A stretch of DNA of 64,000 bases from positions 60,808-124,807 of the forward strand of contig CAWHLF010000013.1 of the NCBI GenBank assembly GCA_963830085.1, given 5' to 3'. The notes below the pieces were generated by a model. That model worked only from the letters and a program-made list of their open reading frames with translations, made no database searches and had not been told where the DNA came from. This document shows positions 8,492-17,876 of this stretch, in pieces. The first letter of the stretch is position 1. Every line of letters begins with the position of its first letter. Source of the DNA: an uncultured Actinomycetes bacterium (GTDB lineage: Bacteria; Actinomycetota; Thermoleophilia; Solirubrobacterales; Solirubrobacteraceae). A program made the position numbers and the translations under genes.

Positions 8492-9402
8492 GACTCCATG
8501 ATCGCCGATGACTCGTCGAACATCTCCAGCGTCTGGGCGCGGAACGCGAGCGCCGCGGGCGAGAGCCGGCGCTGGGCCCGCGAGGCCAGCGAGACGTCGC
8601 GGCACAGCGTCGGCCCGTCGAGCGTGCAGACGGCGACCGACGCGCCCGGCCCCTCGGCATCCGAGCGCGGGAGGAGCGCGACGCCGAGCCCGCGCGAGAC
8701 GAGGCCGCGGATGCGGCGGCTCTCGTTGGACTCCAGGGCGATCCGCGGCTCGAAGCCGGCCGTGGCGGCCGCGGACTCCAGCAGCTCGCGCAGGCGCGCG
8801 CCCTCGCGAAAGGCGATGAAGGCGTCGCCGGCGAGGTCGGCGAGGTGGACGGTGCGACGGCGCGCGAGCCGGTGGTCGGCGGGCAGGACGGCGACGAGCT
8901 CCTCGCTGACGAGCCGGTCGAGCGTCAGCCCGTGGGTGCGCATGCGCTCGGTCACCGAGAGGAAGGCGAGGTCGACCTCGTCGTCGCGGAGCATCGCGGC
9001 GAGCTCCTCGCTGGACTGCTCGCGGACCGTGAGCTCGACGCCCGGGTGGGTCCGGTGAAAGGACGCGAGCAGCAGCGAGAGGTCGACGGGGCCCATCGTG
9101 TGCAGCGCGCCGACCGACAGCCGTCCCGCCTGGACGCCGGCGAGGCTCTGCAGCTCGGCCGTCGCGGCCTCGAGCTCGGCGATCGCGCGGCGCGCCCGGG
9201 CGACGAGCATCTCGCCGGCCTCCGTCATCGCGACGCTGCGCGTCGTGCGCTGGACGAGCGTCAGCCCGAGCTCGGCCTCCAGGCGCCGGATCTGCTGGGA
9301 GAGCGCGGGCTGGGCGACGTGCTCGCGCGCGGCGGCGCGGGTGAAGTGCTGCTCCTCGGCGACCGCGACGAGATACCGCAACTGGCGGAGTTCCATAGCC
9401 AC
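8488..9402 (-). CDS. LysR-family transcriptional regulator
   Basis: 304 aa with N-terminal HTH MELRQLRYLVAVAEEQHFTRAAAREHVAQPALSQQIRRLE and a LysR substrate-binding domain. The stop overlaps the lipB ATG (ATGA). Confidence 0.9.
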   Translation of the reverse strand: MAMELRQLRYLVAVAEEQHFTRAAAREHVAQPALSQQIRRLEAELGLTLVQRTTRSVAMTEAGEMLVARARRAIAELEAATAELQSLAGVQAGRLSVGALHTMGPVDLSLLLASFHRTHPGVELTVREQSSEELAAMLRDDEVDLAFLSVTERMRTHGLTLDRLVSEELVAVLPADHRLARRRTVHLADLAGDAFIAFREGARLRELLESAAATAGFEPRIALESNESRRIRGLVSRGLGVALLPRSDAEGPGASVAVCTLDGPTLCRDVSLASRAQRRLSPAALAFRAQTLEMFDESSAIMES

Positions 9403-9552
9403 AGCTTATGAGTTCGCGCTGCGATACGTCTTGGACTTCTTGATCGGGGTGCACGACGATGATCGAGCACCGCGCCGCACCTCCCCCCCGTCAGATCGGC
9501 TTTCCTCTCCTCCCTTGCCGGTCTGGCGGGGCGCGCGCGTTAAGCCGCCCGG

Positions 9553-10825
9553 TCAGGTCTCGTAGCTCTCGACGCGCTTCTTGATGTTCGCGAGGAAGCG
9601 CGCGGCGAGCGCGCCGTCCATCGCGCGGTGATCCCAGGAGAGGCCGAGGATGACCATCGGCCGGATCGCGATCGCGTCGTCGCCGAACTGGTCGGTGACG
9701 ACGACGGGGCGCTTGATGATCGCCTCGACGTCGAGGATCGCGATCTGCGGCTGGCTGATGACCGGCGTCGCCATCATCGAGCCGAACTGCCCGGGGTTCG
9801 TGATCGTGAACGTCGCGCCGCGGACGTCGTCGGGGCTGAGCTGGCGGGAGCGGGCGCGGCGGGCGAGGTCGCGGATCCGGCGCGACAGTCCTTCGGGGCT
9901 GAGGTCCTGGGCGCCGCGGACGACCGGCACGATGAGCCCGTCCTCGCCGAGCGCGACCGCGATGCCGAGGTTCACCTGCTCGTGGACGGTGTGGACGTCG
10001 TCCTCGAGCCAGGCGTTGAGGAGCGGGAACTCGACGAGCGCGCCGATGACGCAGCGCGCGATGAGCGGGAGCGCGGTGATGCCGAGCTGCTTGCGCGCGA
10101 GCTCGATGCGCGAGACGTCGACCTCGATCCACGTCGTGCACGTCGCCGCGGTGTCCTGCGAGCGCTTCATGTGCTCGCCGATCTGCTGGCGCATCCGCGA
10201 GAGCGGGCGGCCCTCCGGCGGCGTGTACGGGCCGCTGGCGGCGGCGCCGGCGCCGGCGCCGGGTCGGTACGGGCTCTCGATGTGGATCGTCGGCTCGTCG
10301 CCGGCGGGCGCGGCGGTGGGCAGGCCGCCGTGGGCCTGCACGTACGCGAGGACGTCCTGCTTGCGCACGCGCCCCTCGCGGCCGGTGCCCTCGATCTCGT
10401 CGAGGTCGACGTCGTGCTCGTCGGCGATGCGCTGCACGACCGGCGAGTAGCGGCGGATCGGGCCGGTGCGGCGGGCGGGCGCGGGGCGCGCCGGGGCGGG
10501 CGCCGGACCGTTCGCGGCGACCGGTCGCGGCGGCGGCGGCGGATACCGAGGCCGGCCGCGGCGGCGGCGGATCGTCCTCGGCGCTGTGCGGCTGGCCGGG
10601 GCGCGCGTCGGTCGAGATGCGCGCGAGCGTCACGCCGACGTCGACGGTCACGCCGACGTCGACGAGGATCTCGACGACGCGGCCGGTGACGGGCGACGGG
10701 ACCTCGGTGTCGATCTTGTCCGTCGAGATCTCGCAGATCGTCTCGTCGGCCTCGACCCAGTCGCCGCGCTGCTTGCGCCACTCGACGAGCGTGCCCTCCG
10801 CGACGGAGACGCCCATCTGCGGCAT
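9553..10825 (-). pseudogene. dihydrolipoamide acyltransferase (E2) of a BCKDH/acetoin-type complex, frame-disrupted in the linker (about 10480-10560)
   Basis: The lipoyl domain MPQMGVSVAEGTLVEWRK...EISTDKIDTEVPSP is in track ORF 9491..10825. The PSBD and catalytic domain (RYSPVVQRIADEHDVDL...LSWDHRAMDG...) are in track ORF 9553..10437, in another frame. Confidence 0.85.
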
Positions 10826-10850
10826 CGTGACGTCGACGATCGTCGACGGA

Positions 10851-11816
10851 TCAATACTCGAGGAGCTGACGGCAGGCCTCCCTCACGCGATCGACGGATG
10901 GCAGCACCGCCGCCTCCAGCGGCGGCGAGAACGGGATCGGGATGTCCGGCGACGCGACGCGGACGACCGGGCCGTCGAGGTCCTCGAAGGCGTGCTCGGC
11001 GATGAGCGCGGACACCTGGGCGCCGGCGGCGCAGGTCTGGTTGGCCTCGTCGACGACGACGACCTTCGAGCATGCCCGGACGGCGGCGAGGATCGCCTCG
11101 TCGTCGAGCGGGACGAGCGAGCGCAGGTCGAGGACCATGATCGACGCGCCGTCGATGTCCTCGGTCGCCTCGAGCGCCGTGTGGACCATCGCGCCGTACG
11201 TGATGACCACGAGGTCGGAGCCCTCGCGCGCGACGCGCGCCTTGAAGGGGGTCTCGTAGGAGCCCTCGGGAACCTCGCCCTTCGCCCGGCGGTAGAGGTT
11301 CTTGTGCTCCATGTAGATGACCGGGTTGGGGTCGCGGATCGCGGCGATGATGAGCCCCTTGGCGTCCTCGGGCGTGCTCGGCGCGACGACCTTCAGCCCC
11401 GGTGAGTGCATGAACCACGCCTCCGGGTTCTGGGAGTGGAACGGACCGCCGGAGAAGCCGCCGCCGCTCGGCAGGCGGACGGTGATGTTCACCGGCAGGC
11501 CCTGGCGGTAGAGCATCTTGCCCGCGACGTTGATGATCTGGTCGAAGCCGCAGGAGACGAAGTCGGCGAACTGCATCTCGCAGACCGGCCGCAGCCCGAC
11601 GACCGCTGCGCCGACGGCGGTGCCGACGATCCCGGACTCCGCCAGCGGCGTGTCCATGACGCGGTCGGGTCCGAACTCGTCGATGAAGCCGTCGGTGACC
11701 TTGAAGGCCCCGCCGTAGACGCCGATGTCCTCGCCCATGAGCAGGACGCGCTCGTCGTCGCGCATCTCCGTGCGCAGGCCGTCGGAGATCGCGCGGAGGT
11801 AGGTCATCTCCGTCAT
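10851..11816 (-). CDS. 2-oxoacid dehydrogenase E1 beta subunit
   Basis: MTEMTYLRAISDGLRTEMRDDERVLLMGEDIGVYGGAFKVTDGF...DTPLAESGIVG... The ATG overlaps the E1-alpha stop (ATGA at 11813-11816). Confidence 0.9.
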   Translation of the reverse strand: MTEMTYLRAISDGLRTEMRDDERVLLMGEDIGVYGGAFKVTDGFIDEFGPDRVMDTPLAESGIVGTAVGAAVVGLRPVCEMQFADFVSCGFDQIINVAGKMLYRQGLPVNITVRLPSGGGFSGGPFHSQNPEAWFMHSPGLKVVAPSTPEDAKGLIIAAIRDPNPVIYMEHKNLYRRAKGEVPEGSYETPFKARVAREGSDLVVITYGAMVHTALEATEDIDGASIMVLDLRSLVPLDDEAILAAVRACSKVVVVDEANQTCAAGAQVSALIAEHAFEDLDGPVVRVASPDIPIPFSPPLEAAVLPSVDRVREACRQLLEY

Positions 11817-12889
11817 GTCGCGCTCCTGAAGCCGCTCCACGGCGCCGCCCCGTCCTCGAGCAGGATCTCGTCGGCCTCGCGCGGGTGAAAGAGGCGGTCG
11901 GTCGCCGTCGCCGGATCGGGCATCGGGCCGGCGAGCGCGATCTTCGTCGCGCCCTCGACCTCCGACAGGACGTCGGCCTTCAGCGCCTCGACGTCGATGC
12001 CGAGCGCTGCGACGCGCGCGCTCTGGCGGTCGATCGGGTCCTTCTTGCGCCACTCCTCGACGAGCGCCTTGGGCACGTACTTCATGTCGTCGTGGGCGCC
12101 GTGGCCGTGCATCCGCATCGTGACGGCCTCGATGAGCGTCGGGCCGCCGCCGGAGATCGCGCGCTCGCGCGCGACGCGGGTGGCCTCGAACATCGCCTCG
12201 ACGTCGTTGCCGTCGATGCTGACGCCGGGGAAGCCGTAGCCCGCCGCGCGCTCGACGGGGTTGACGGCGAACTGCTGGTCGATCGGCGTGGAGTACGCGA
12301 ACTGGTTGTTCTCCATGACGAAGATCACCGGCAGGCGCTGGACGCCGGCCCAGTTCATCGCCTCGTGGAAGTCGCCGCGCGAGGTCGAGCCGTCGCCGAA
12401 CCATGTCAGCGCGCAGCGCGACTCGCCGCGGAGCTTGAAGGCCATCGCCATGCCCGTGGCGACGAGCATCATGTCGGGGAGCATCGAGACCATCCCGACG
12501 CAGCCGGTGCGGTAGTCGCCGAAGTGCACGTTGCCGTCGCGCCCGCTCGTGATGCCGGCCTCGCGACCCATGTACTGGCTCAGCACGCGCGCCGGCTGCA
12601 CGCCGCGGACGAGGTGCGCGCCGAGGTCGCGGTGCAGGACGCAGAGCCGGTCGGCGGCGGCCATCGCCCAGGTCGCGCCGACGGACACGGCCTCCTGGCC
12701 GAAGCCGTCGTAGAAGGAGCCCGGGACCTTGCCCTGCCGGTAGAGGTTCATCGCGCGCTGCTCGATCGCGCGCATGAGGAGCATGGCGCGCAGCAGACCG
12801 ACCCGGTCTTCCTGGGTCAGGTGCGCGGGGGAGGCCTCGTGGGCGGGTGTGTTGGGACCGATCGGAACGTCCGTGCTGCGGGTCGCCAT
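11813..12889 (-). CDS. 2-oxoacid dehydrogenase E1 alpha subunit (ThDP-dependent)
   Basis: 358 aa with ThDP motif GDGSTSRGDFHEAMNWAGVQRLPVIFVMENNQFA. Confidence 0.9.
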   Translation of the reverse strand: MATRSTDVPIGPNTPAHEASPAHLTQEDRVGLLRAMLLMRAIEQRAMNLYRQGKVPGSFYDGFGQEAVSVGATWAMAAADRLCVLHRDLGAHLVRGVQPARVLSQYMGREAGITSGRDGNVHFGDYRTGCVGMVSMLPDMMLVATGMAMAFKLRGESRCALTWFGDGSTSRGDFHEAMNWAGVQRLPVIFVMENNQFAYSTPIDQQFAVNPVERAAGYGFPGVSIDGNDVEAMFEATRVARERAISGGGPTLIEAVTMRMHGHGAHDDMKYVPKALVEEWRKKDPIDRQSARVAALGIDVEALKADVLSEVEGATKIALAGPMPDPATATDRLFHPREADEILLEDGAAPWSGFRSAT

Positions 12890-13013
12890 CGTCGCCTTTC
12901 TCTCGGGCGGTGAGGAGGGATCTCCTCCTCTACCTCTTCGACATCTCGTCGGGATCTCCGCGCAAGATGCGTACCGTCATGGCCGAGGGTACCGGGTACG
13001 TAGGCTGATCTGC

Positions 13014-13631
13014 ATGCACGCGCAGGACGCCAGGGGGAGACGCGGCGGGCTGCGGCGGCTGCGCTGGCGCGTGCGCGGGGCGTGGCTGTGGCCCTCGTTC
13101 GCGGCCGTGACGCTGCTGGAGATGCCGCTGCTGCACTGGCTGCCGCTCGTCGGTGACGACACGAGCCTGCTCGAGGCGCTGCTGCTCGCGGGCTGCCTGA
13201 ACGTCATCGCGATCGCGCTGCTCGGCGGCCTCGGCGGCGTGGCGTTGCGCCGCCGGCGGCCGGACATGCCGAAGGTCGTCGCCGACAACTACGCGGGAAC
13301 CGCCGCGCTGCTCGCCGTCGCGGTCGCGTTCGTCGTCGCGGGGCTCGTCCACCGGCCCGCGATCGTCGACGAGCGCGCCGCGTTCACCGAGGCCTCGATC
13401 GCGGTGCGGCGCTGGGTGGACGCCAACGGCGACGGCTTCACGCGCGCGCACGTGGGGGCCGCGACGCTGCTGCGGGTCGATACCGATCTCTACCGCTCGT
13501 GCGTGCCCGGGCGCGACACGAAGCGCTGGGTGTGCCTCTTCGTCGACACGTCCTCGTCGCCGCCGCTCGTCCGGCGCGACCCGAGCCACGAGTCCAACGC
13601 CGAATTCAATCCCCGCGGGGGGTTCAGGTAG
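13014..13631 (+). CDS. hypothetical membrane protein
   Basis: ATG 13014 lies within track ORF 12774..13631. Three predicted TM helices, then a Cys-containing soluble tail. High GC3. Confidence 0.55.
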   Translation: MHAQDARGRRGGLRRLRWRVRGAWLWPSFAAVTLLEMPLLHWLPLVGDDTSLLEALLLAGCLNVIAIALLGGLGGVALRRRRPDMPKVVADNYAGTAALLAVAVAFVVAGLVHRPAIVDERAAFTEASIAVRRWVDANGDGFTRAHVGAATLLRVDTDLYRSCVPGRDTKRWVCLFVDTSSSPPLVRRDPSHESNAEFNPRGGFR

Positions 13632-13646
13632 GCCCGCGTTCTGCCG

Positions 13647-14270
13647 ATGAGGCTCGTAATGGGCAGTACGCGGGCACTCTTTGCATCCATCGGCGTCAGC
13701 GTCTCGCTCGTCGCCGCGGCCGCACTGTCGCTCTTCACCGTCAGCGTCGTCATCGCCTTCGGCGGCTGGTCGGCCGGGATGGGCTCGGCGACGACGCCGA
13801 CCGCCCTCGTCTTCGACGGCTTCTCGGCGATGCCGTCCCAGCGCGAGCCGACGCGCCTCGCGAGCTCCGATCCCGTCGTCATGCGCGCGCCCGTGCAACA
13901 GCAGGCGCGCCGCGCGGAGACGACCCCGGCGCGCGCCGCCGCGGCGCCCGCCGGCCCGACCGCCGCGACCGTCGTCAGCCGCCGGTCGACCGTCTCGCGC
14001 GCTCCCACGTACACGCCGCCCGCCGATCCGCCGGTCGCGGCGAAGCCCGCGCCCGCCCCGCAGACCCACGCCGGCGACGCCGTGCGCCGCGTCGGCGAGG
14101 GCCTGAGCTCCACCGCCCAGAGGACGGGCTCCGCCCTCGGCGACGTCACCGCGCCGCTCGGCCCGCCGGTCAGCGAGGCCGTGCAGCAGGTGCTCGATCT
14201 CGTCGCGCTCGTGCTCCAGCGCACGACGAACAGCCTCGGCGGCACGCTCGACAAGGTCGGGCAGCGGTAG
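13647..14270 (+). CDS. hypothetical signal-anchored Pro/Ala-rich protein
   Basis: 207 aa. N-terminal TM (LFASIGVSVSLVAAAALSLFTVSVVIAFGG), a Pro/Ala-rich linker and a helical C-terminus. High GC3. Confidence 0.55.
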   Translation: MRLVMGSTRALFASIGVSVSLVAAAALSLFTVSVVIAFGGWSAGMGSATTPTALVFDGFSAMPSQREPTRLASSDPVVMRAPVQQQARRAETTPARAAAAPAGPTAATVVSRRSTVSRAPTYTPPADPPVAAKPAPAPQTHAGDAVRRVGEGLSSTAQRTGSALGDVTAPLGPPVSEAVQQVLDLVALVLQRTTNSLGGTLDKVGQR

Positions 14271-14281
14271 TGGGTCGTCCA

Positions 14282-14421
14282 CAAACGTTGCACCCGAAAC
14301 CCCGGGCGCCGATCACCGCCTGACGGCGTCCTCGGACGCTCGATGTGGCAGAGCCACACCTTCGGTCCTGCGTCCTTGTCAGCCGGCGCCGGCATCCCGG
14401 GTTTTCAGGCACAACGTTCTG
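14282..14421. repeat. long imperfect inverted repeat (about 25-bp arms, about 89-bp spacer) between convergent genes
   Basis: Left arm 14282-14306: CAAACGTTGCACCCGAAACCCCGGG. Right arm 14396-14421: CCCGGGTTTTCAGGCACAACGTTCTG. About 21/25 positions are complementary. The interior holds further small hairpins (GTGGCagaGCCAC). Confidence 0.5.
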
Positions 14422-14457
14422 GGCGACGCACTAGCCCCCGACCCCGCCGACGCCTTC

Positions 14458-16005
14458 TCACACCGCGGGCTGGACCACTGCCGTCGGCCGCGGCGCGGCC
14501 TCGCTCCTCGCGGCGGCCTTGCGGCCGTCCGGGAGGCGCAGCAGCACGAGCAACCCGCCGGCGAACGCCACGACCGCCGCGGCGGTGAGGCCGATCCCGA
14601 GCGCCTCGGTGAAGGCCCGTCCGGCGGTGCCGGCGAGCTGCTCGCCGGCGCTGCCGCCCAGCTGCCCGGCGACGGCATGCGCCGCGCCGATCGAATCCCC
14701 GGCCGCGGCCGGGGCGCTCGCCATGTCGCCCGAGTACGCGCTGCCGATGATCGAGCCGATGACGGCGACGCCGAGCGCGCCGCCGACCTGCCGGGTCACG
14801 TCGTTCATCGCCGAGCCGACACCAGCCCGCGACTCGGGCACGGCGCTCATGACCGAGGCGGTCGCCGGCGCCATCGTGAAGCCCATCGAGAGGGCGAGGC
14901 CGAACGACACGAAGCACAGCAGCACCGGGGACATCTCGGGCGTCCACGCGAGGCTCGAGGCCAGGACGACGGCGACGCCGAACAGCCCGCCGGCGACGAC
15001 CCGGGGGCGGCCGACGTGCTCGGCGAGCTTCGTGGACAGCCCCGCGCCCATGACGAGGCCGAAGGCGAGCGGCACCATCGCCGCGCCCGCCTCGAGCGCG
15101 CTGAGCCCGTGCGCGAACTGGAGGAACTGCGTGAAGGCGAAGATCGAGCCCATCATCGCGAAGAAGATGAGGCCGATCCCCAGCGACGCGACGGTGAAGC
15201 TCGGGTTGCGGAAGAAGGCGAGCGGCAGCATCGGCGACGCCGCCCGGCGCTCCCAGGCGACGAAGGCGGCCGCGAGCACGGCCGCGGACGCGAAGCACGC
15301 CAGGACGACGCTGTCGGTCCAGCCGCGCGGCGTCGCCTCGATGAGGCCGTAGACGAGGGTCACGAGCATCGCGATCGACAGCGCCGCGCCGCGGAGGTCG
15401 AACGCGCCGGGGCGGGGGTCCCTGCTCTCGGGCACGAGGGCGAAGCCGGCGCCGAGGGCGACGGCGACGATCGGGACGTTGAGCCAGAAGACCGAGCTCC
15501 AGGAGGACCACTCGAGCAGCAGCCCGCCGACGAACGGCCCGAGGCCGATGCCGACGCCGGCGATCGCCGACCAGATCCCGATCGCCTTCGCGCGCTCCTC
15601 GCGCGGGAAGACGTCCATGATCACCGACAGCGTCGCCGGCATGATCATCGCGCCCGCGATGCCCATGACCGCGCGCAGGGCGATGAGCTGATCGGCGTTC
15701 TGGGCCAGCGCCGCGAGGACGCTCGCGAGGCCGAACAGCGCGAGACCGGACTGGAGCACGCGCTTGCGGCCGAAGCGGTCGCCGAGCGTGCCCATCGTGA
15801 GCAGGACGCCGGCGAAGGCGAGCAGGTAGGAGTCGACGATCCACTGCAGCGTCGAGCCTGTAGCCGAGAACTCGGTCTGCAGCGTCGGCAGCGCGACGTT
15901 CAGGACGGTGTTGTCCAGCCCGATGATGAGGAGGCTGAGGGCGAGGACGGCGAGCGTCTTCCAGCGCTGCGCGTACGTCTTGGGGTCGATCGTGTCTGGT
16001 CGCAT
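14458..16005 (-). CDS. MFS transporter, DHA2 (EmrB/QacA, 14-TM) drug-efflux type
   Basis: 515 aa with motifs LDNTVLNVALP and GTLGDRFGRKRVL. 14 hydrophobic segments. Confidence 0.9.
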   Translation of the reverse strand: MRPDTIDPKTYAQRWKTLAVLALSLLIIGLDNTVLNVALPTLQTEFSATGSTLQWIVDSYLLAFAGVLLTMGTLGDRFGRKRVLQSGLALFGLASVLAALAQNADQLIALRAVMGIAGAMIMPATLSVIMDVFPREERAKAIGIWSAIAGVGIGLGPFVGGLLLEWSSWSSVFWLNVPIVAVALGAGFALVPESRDPRPGAFDLRGAALSIAMLVTLVYGLIEATPRGWTDSVVLACFASAAVLAAAFVAWERRAASPMLPLAFFRNPSFTVASLGIGLIFFAMMGSIFAFTQFLQFAHGLSALEAGAAMVPLAFGLVMGAGLSTKLAEHVGRPRVVAGGLFGVAVVLASSLAWTPEMSPVLLCFVSFGLALSMGFTMAPATASVMSAVPESRAGVGSAMNDVTRQVGGALGVAVIGSIIGSAYSGDMASAPAAAGDSIGAAHAVAGQLGGSAGEQLAGTAGRAFTEALGIGLTAAAVVAFAGGLLVLLRLPDGRKAAARSEAAPRPTAVVQPAV

Positions 16006-16085
16006 CGTCAGGCCTCCGGTTGTGTGGGTGGATCAGCTGTGGGCCGCGAAGTGCCTGCAGCCTGCCACCGGCGCCGGCCCCCTAC

Positions 16086-16117
16086 ATCAGGGACCGACCC
16101 TGAACCGTGTCCCTGAT
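16086..16117 (-). terminator. hairpin 5 nt downstream of the globin stop (no U-tract)
   Basis: ATCAGGGAC (16086-16094) pairs with GTCCCTGAT (16109-16117), with a 14-nt loop. Confidence 0.35.
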
Positions 16118-16121
16118 CTGT

Positions 16122-16589
16122 TCACGGCTGGTAGGGCGGGGCGACGCCCCAGCCCCAGCGCGGCACCGGCGCGTGCTGCACCGGCGCGGCCCCGCGCTGT
16201 GAGTTCTCGACCGCCAGGCGCGTGCCCCACTCGGCGTAGCCCATGATCGCGGCGCGGAACTCCGGATCGGCGGGCAGGCCGGCATCGTCCGCGGCGCGGC
16301 TGAGGAGCGTGACGAAGCGCAGCCGCTGCTCGCCGGAGATCGCCAGGCCGCGGTGCTTGGCGAGCATGTGCTCGTAGCCGCCGTGGCGCTCGGTGTACGT
16401 CGCGGCGCCGCCCATGACCTCGCACCACCACGCCGTCGCGTGGTCGCGGTGCTCCTCGTCGACGCGGCCGCCGAAGACGGGCCCGAGCAGCTCGTCGGCC
16501 TCGACGAGGTCGTAGAAGACGTCGAGCCAGCGCCGGAACGCCTCGTCGCCGCCCGCCCACTCGTGGATCGTGGGCGTGTCGCCCGCCAT
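16122..16589 (-). CDS. group II truncated haemoglobin (trHbO-like globin)
   Basis: 155 aa: ...FRRWLDVFYDLVEADELLGPVFGG...EHRDHATAWWCEVMGGAATYTERHGGYEHMLAKHRGLAI... The ATG overlaps the stop of the PDH E2 gene (ATGA at 16587-16591). Confidence 0.75.
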   Translation of the reverse strand: MAGDTPTIHEWAGGDEAFRRWLDVFYDLVEADELLGPVFGGRVDEEHRDHATAWWCEVMGGAATYTERHGGYEHMLAKHRGLAISGEQRLRFVTLLSRAADDAGLPADPEFRAAIMGYAEWGTRLAVENSQRGAAPVQHAPVPRWGWGVAPPYQP

Positions 16590-17876
16590 CAGTAGACGAG
16601 CGCGAGCGGCTGCTCGAGCAGCGCCCGGATGCGGGCGAGGAACTGCGCGGCGTCGGCGCCGTAGAGGATGCGGTGGTCGCAGGCGAGCGTCACGCCCATC
16701 GTGTGGCGGGCGACGAGCGCGCCGTCGCGGGCGACCGCCCGCTCGGCGAGCGCGCCGACGGCGAGGATCGCCGCCTGCGGCGGGTTGATGACCGCGGTGA
16801 AGTCGGTGACGCCGTACATCCCGAGGTTCGAGACCGTGAACGTCCCGCCGCTGAGCTCCGGCGGCGTGACCGTGCCGGCGCGGACGCGCTCGGCGAGCGC
16901 GCGCGTCTCGCGCGCGATGTCGCGCAGGGACTTGCGGTCGGCGTCGAAGACGGTCGGCACGACGAGCGCGTCGGGGGCGGCGACCGCGACGCCGACGTTC
17001 ACCCGGCCGTGGAGCTCGAAGCGGCCGTCGCGGTAGCTGCCGTTCGCGCGCGGGAACTCGCGCAGCGCGAGCGCGCAGGCCTTGACGATCATGTCGTTGT
17101 AGGACGGGACCTCGTCGCCGATCGCCTTGAGCTCGGCGCGCAGCGCGACGCAGCCCTCCATGTCGATCTCGCTGCGCAGGGTGAACTCCGGGACGGTCGC
17201 CTTGGACTCGGCCATCCGGCGGGCGATGAGCTGCTGCGTGCGGGTGAGCTCCTGGATCGTGATGTCGCCCTTCGCGGTCCCGGTCTCGCGGTCTCGCTGG
17301 CGCGGGCGCCGGGGGCGGCGGGGCCGGCGCGGGCTGCGCGGTGGCGGGTCGGCGCGGCGGGAGCCTCGGCGGGCGGTGGCGGCGGAGCGGCCGCGGCGTG
17401 CTCGACGTCGGCCTTCACGATCCGCCCGCCAGGACCGCTGCCGGCGATCTGACGCAGGTCGATTCCCTGCTCGCGGGCGATGCGCCGGGCGAGCGGCGAC
17501 GCCTTGACCCGGGCGCCCGGCACCGGCGGCGGCGGGGCGGGTTGCGCGCGGCCGGCGGCGGCTGGGAGGCGGCGGGCTGCGGCGCCGGCGCGGCCGGTTG
17601 CGGCGCCGCCTCCGCGGCGGGCGGCGCCGCGCCGTTGCCCGCGCCGTCGTCGAGGCGCGCGATGACGCTGCCGATCGGCAGCGTGTCGCCGGCGGCCGCG
17701 ACGATCGTCAGGACGCCGGCGGCATCGGACTCGTAGGTCAGCGTCGCCTTGTCGGTCTCGATCTCCGCGAGCGGCTCACCGCGGGCGACCGCGTCGCCGT
17801 CGGCCTTCAGCCACTTGAGGATCGTCCCCTCCTCCATCGAGTCCGACAGCCGCGGCATGACGATCTCGGCGGTCAT
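16589..17876 (-). pseudogene. pdhC: dihydrolipoamide acetyltransferase (PDH E2), at least two frame disruptions (about 17540 and 17276)
   Basis: The three domains sit in three different frames. Lipoyl domain: MTAEIVMPRLSDSMEEGTILKWL...EIETDKA. PSBD: [40 protein letters not shown]. Catalytic domain: ...[19 protein letters not shown]...ACDHRILYGADAAQFL. Confidence 0.85.

Noticed and set aside
5204-9454. 1416-aa minus-strand ORF, the longest in the track
   Set aside because: It is a GC-driven open frame. Its translation is Arg/Pro/Ala-rich nonsense, except where it coincides with pieces of the real lipB and methyltransferase genes. The real genes in this span (lipA, MTase, lipB, LysR) account for the coding signal.
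17200-17600. Programmed ribosomal frameshifting as the explanation for multi-frame genes such as pdhC and qor
   Set aside because: There are no slippery heptamers or conserved downstream structures. The shifts go in both directions, and they hit many unrelated housekeeping genes at similar density. Indel error is the simpler explanation.
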